A DNA stretch of 64,000 nucleotides from Raillietiella orientalis. Taxonomy: Eukaryota. A model generated the notes under the pieces. The model was given only the letters and a program-made list of their open reading frames with translations, searched no databases and was not told the origin of the DNA. The stretch lies in the NCBI GenBank assembly GCA_036172245.1, contig JAYWIR010000001.1:2728001-2792000 (forward strand). Reading direction: 5' to 3'. The position numbers and the translations under genes were made by a program. This document shows, piece after piece, positions 62,098 to 64,000 of the stretch. The first letter of the stretch is position 1. Each line of letters opens with the position of its first letter.

Positions 62098-64000
62098 CAC
62101 TGTCTTCTCTGTCTATGCACTTCTCTTTTGCCCAGCTTGGGATGTCTGAAACGCTTTCTGTAACCATTTTGGTTGGCAGTGATTAGTGGGTTTCGAGTAA
62201 GCACTCAGATCTGGGTCTTGCCCGTTCTTTGGACACGTCCTCTACGTCTGCACTTTGTCCAGTGGCACTGCCTCTCTCTTGAAAAGCTACTTGGAATAGT
62301 CCTCAGTGTTCCTCATCCTCGACAGAATGTCCAGCTCCGCAAGTTGGTCCCCTTTCTGCATCTTGGTGCCTGATAAGTTCAGCAGTATTGTTTTTGGTTA
62401 CCCCTGTTGAGTTCCTCGGGGATTTTTCCGCCAGCAAGAGGTGAGTCCTGCTTCTTGGAAAAGGAGATGTTGGTTCGAATGCATTAAAACGCATTCACTT
62501 CCAAGGGTACCTTGACATCCGAGATGACAAGAAACCCTTGAAATACAGCAGAACATCAAAAAAAAAAGGAAAGAAAGGAAAGGAAAAACGGGGCAGAAAT
62601 GACAGCAACGGTGCACAGGGAAATGCTGGCTGCCTGCTGGTTCTCGGAGGGGATTACAGCGGAAGTAGCATGAGAGCTTCTTCCTATATTTCAAGGAAGA
62701 AAGACAATCCTGAATGTGACCACAAAAGAGTAAAAAATAATGGATCAAGGAACCTAATCCCGGATGCAGAAATTCTTTCTGGCTTCCAATAGACATCCTC
62801 ACAGCAATGAAGAACAGAAAAACACTTTTGCTCCGAAACTTCCTCACGATTGGATTCCAGAACGAATCTTGCAGTTTTCTAAGAGTCCAAAATTACTATC
62901 CTTCGAAGTATTGAGTCATTTTTGTCCTCTAAGTTGAGGATTTGTCTTTTGAATCACAATTCAAGGTCCAACACCAATGACCATCAACACCAAGGTGTTG
63001 TTGTTACATTGACTGTGCTAATCACGGTCTTTGAAGCTCTTTGCCCCTTTTCATCTTTCACTAGAAAGATTCGAATCTTCCTTTTTCTTTTTAACTGGAA
63101 AATATTTTTAGAAACCTCCAAGACATGGGATGCACTGGGGTTTCTGGGCAAAAACTATCGAGAGTAGTGCTGGTTTCGGGCGCGTCGTGTTCGGTTTTTG
63201 AACGTTAGCCCGCAAAAAGAGATGCACCGTGAAAATCAAACCGACCAATCGAAGGGAGTTCCAAGCACAAGCGGATAAAGCGGGGCTGAATGGCAGATGC
63301 TAAGTAAGATTTTCACGACCGAGCCATGCGTGCTCGGAATGCCAAAACTCAAAGATGCGGAATTCTCATCTGCGTGCAACAATCGGGTGGGCACACCCAA
63401 TCCTCGTTTTGCCGATAAGCTGGATAACGATGCCTTCCTGTGCGACAAGTGGGCTCTCCCCTTCTAACAGAAGGAAGCGTTCAGACGATTGGCTTCTGGC
63501 TATTCCTCGAATGTAATCGATGAATTCTCGGCGGCTGATCATTCCTCTGGGAGACCCGTGCCACTGACTTGCTAAGGTTCCACTCTTTGGAAGCACTCTT
63601 AAGCACTTAGCTTTGCTGAGTGTCGGTCATGTCCACTGGCTATCTGGAAGCCACAAAGTCGATACCATTGAAGAGTTCAAGGAGCGGCAACCACGACTTC
63701 CTCTGCATGCAGAAAGAGAACATCGGAATTCTACTACTTGAGCTCAAAACAGCTGGTTAAGACGGAGAGTCTCGACGTCTACGGATACGAGAAAAAGGGT
63801 CGGAGTCCAGGTTCCTTGGAATCTGTGTGGCCAATTCAGTCACTACAGTGCTTCTAAATTTCAACTATATCTCCAGAGAATCAATTTGCTATTTTCCAGC
63901 TCTCAAAGGACGGTACATGACCTATGACCTACAGACTTCGAAAGCTCATTCAAAAATCCTAGCTTTATCTTTCGAAGGACGATAGAAGACACAGAGATAA

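Noticed and set aside
62870-63130. Possible LINE ORF2 fragment
   Set aside because: Weak resemblance only, many stops, and no reverse-transcriptase or endonuclease motif.

Overview
Eukaryotic, arthropod-like genomic DNA. The only protein-coding gene I can support is a minus-strand rotund/squeeze/lin-29-family C2H2 zinc-finger transcription factor. It has four phase-0 coding exons (38738-38664, 32640-32461, 29907-29554, 27795-26665) encoding about 579 aa, six zinc fingers and a 42-Q tract. Almost all other ORFs in the track look like spurious products of GC-rich, low-complexity DNA. The most notable unexplained structures are: (1) a near-perfect 66/76-bp inverted repeat pairing sequence just after the stop codon with a site 3.3 kb downstream, with candidate poly(A) signals between and beyond the arms; (2) an 11-nt microexon plus an alternative upstream exon in the intron that splits zinc finger 1, acting either as a poison exon or as the start of a 5-finger isoform; (3) a dense bZIP/NF-kB/nuclear-receptor motif cluster in intron 1 and an E-box cluster upstream; (4) at least four copies of a ~750-bp tRNA-headed SINE-like repeat; (5) a pre-miRNA-like hairpin and a 16-bp perfect palindrome. 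No database searches or folding calculations were run, so family assignments come from motif recognition and novelty is unverified.
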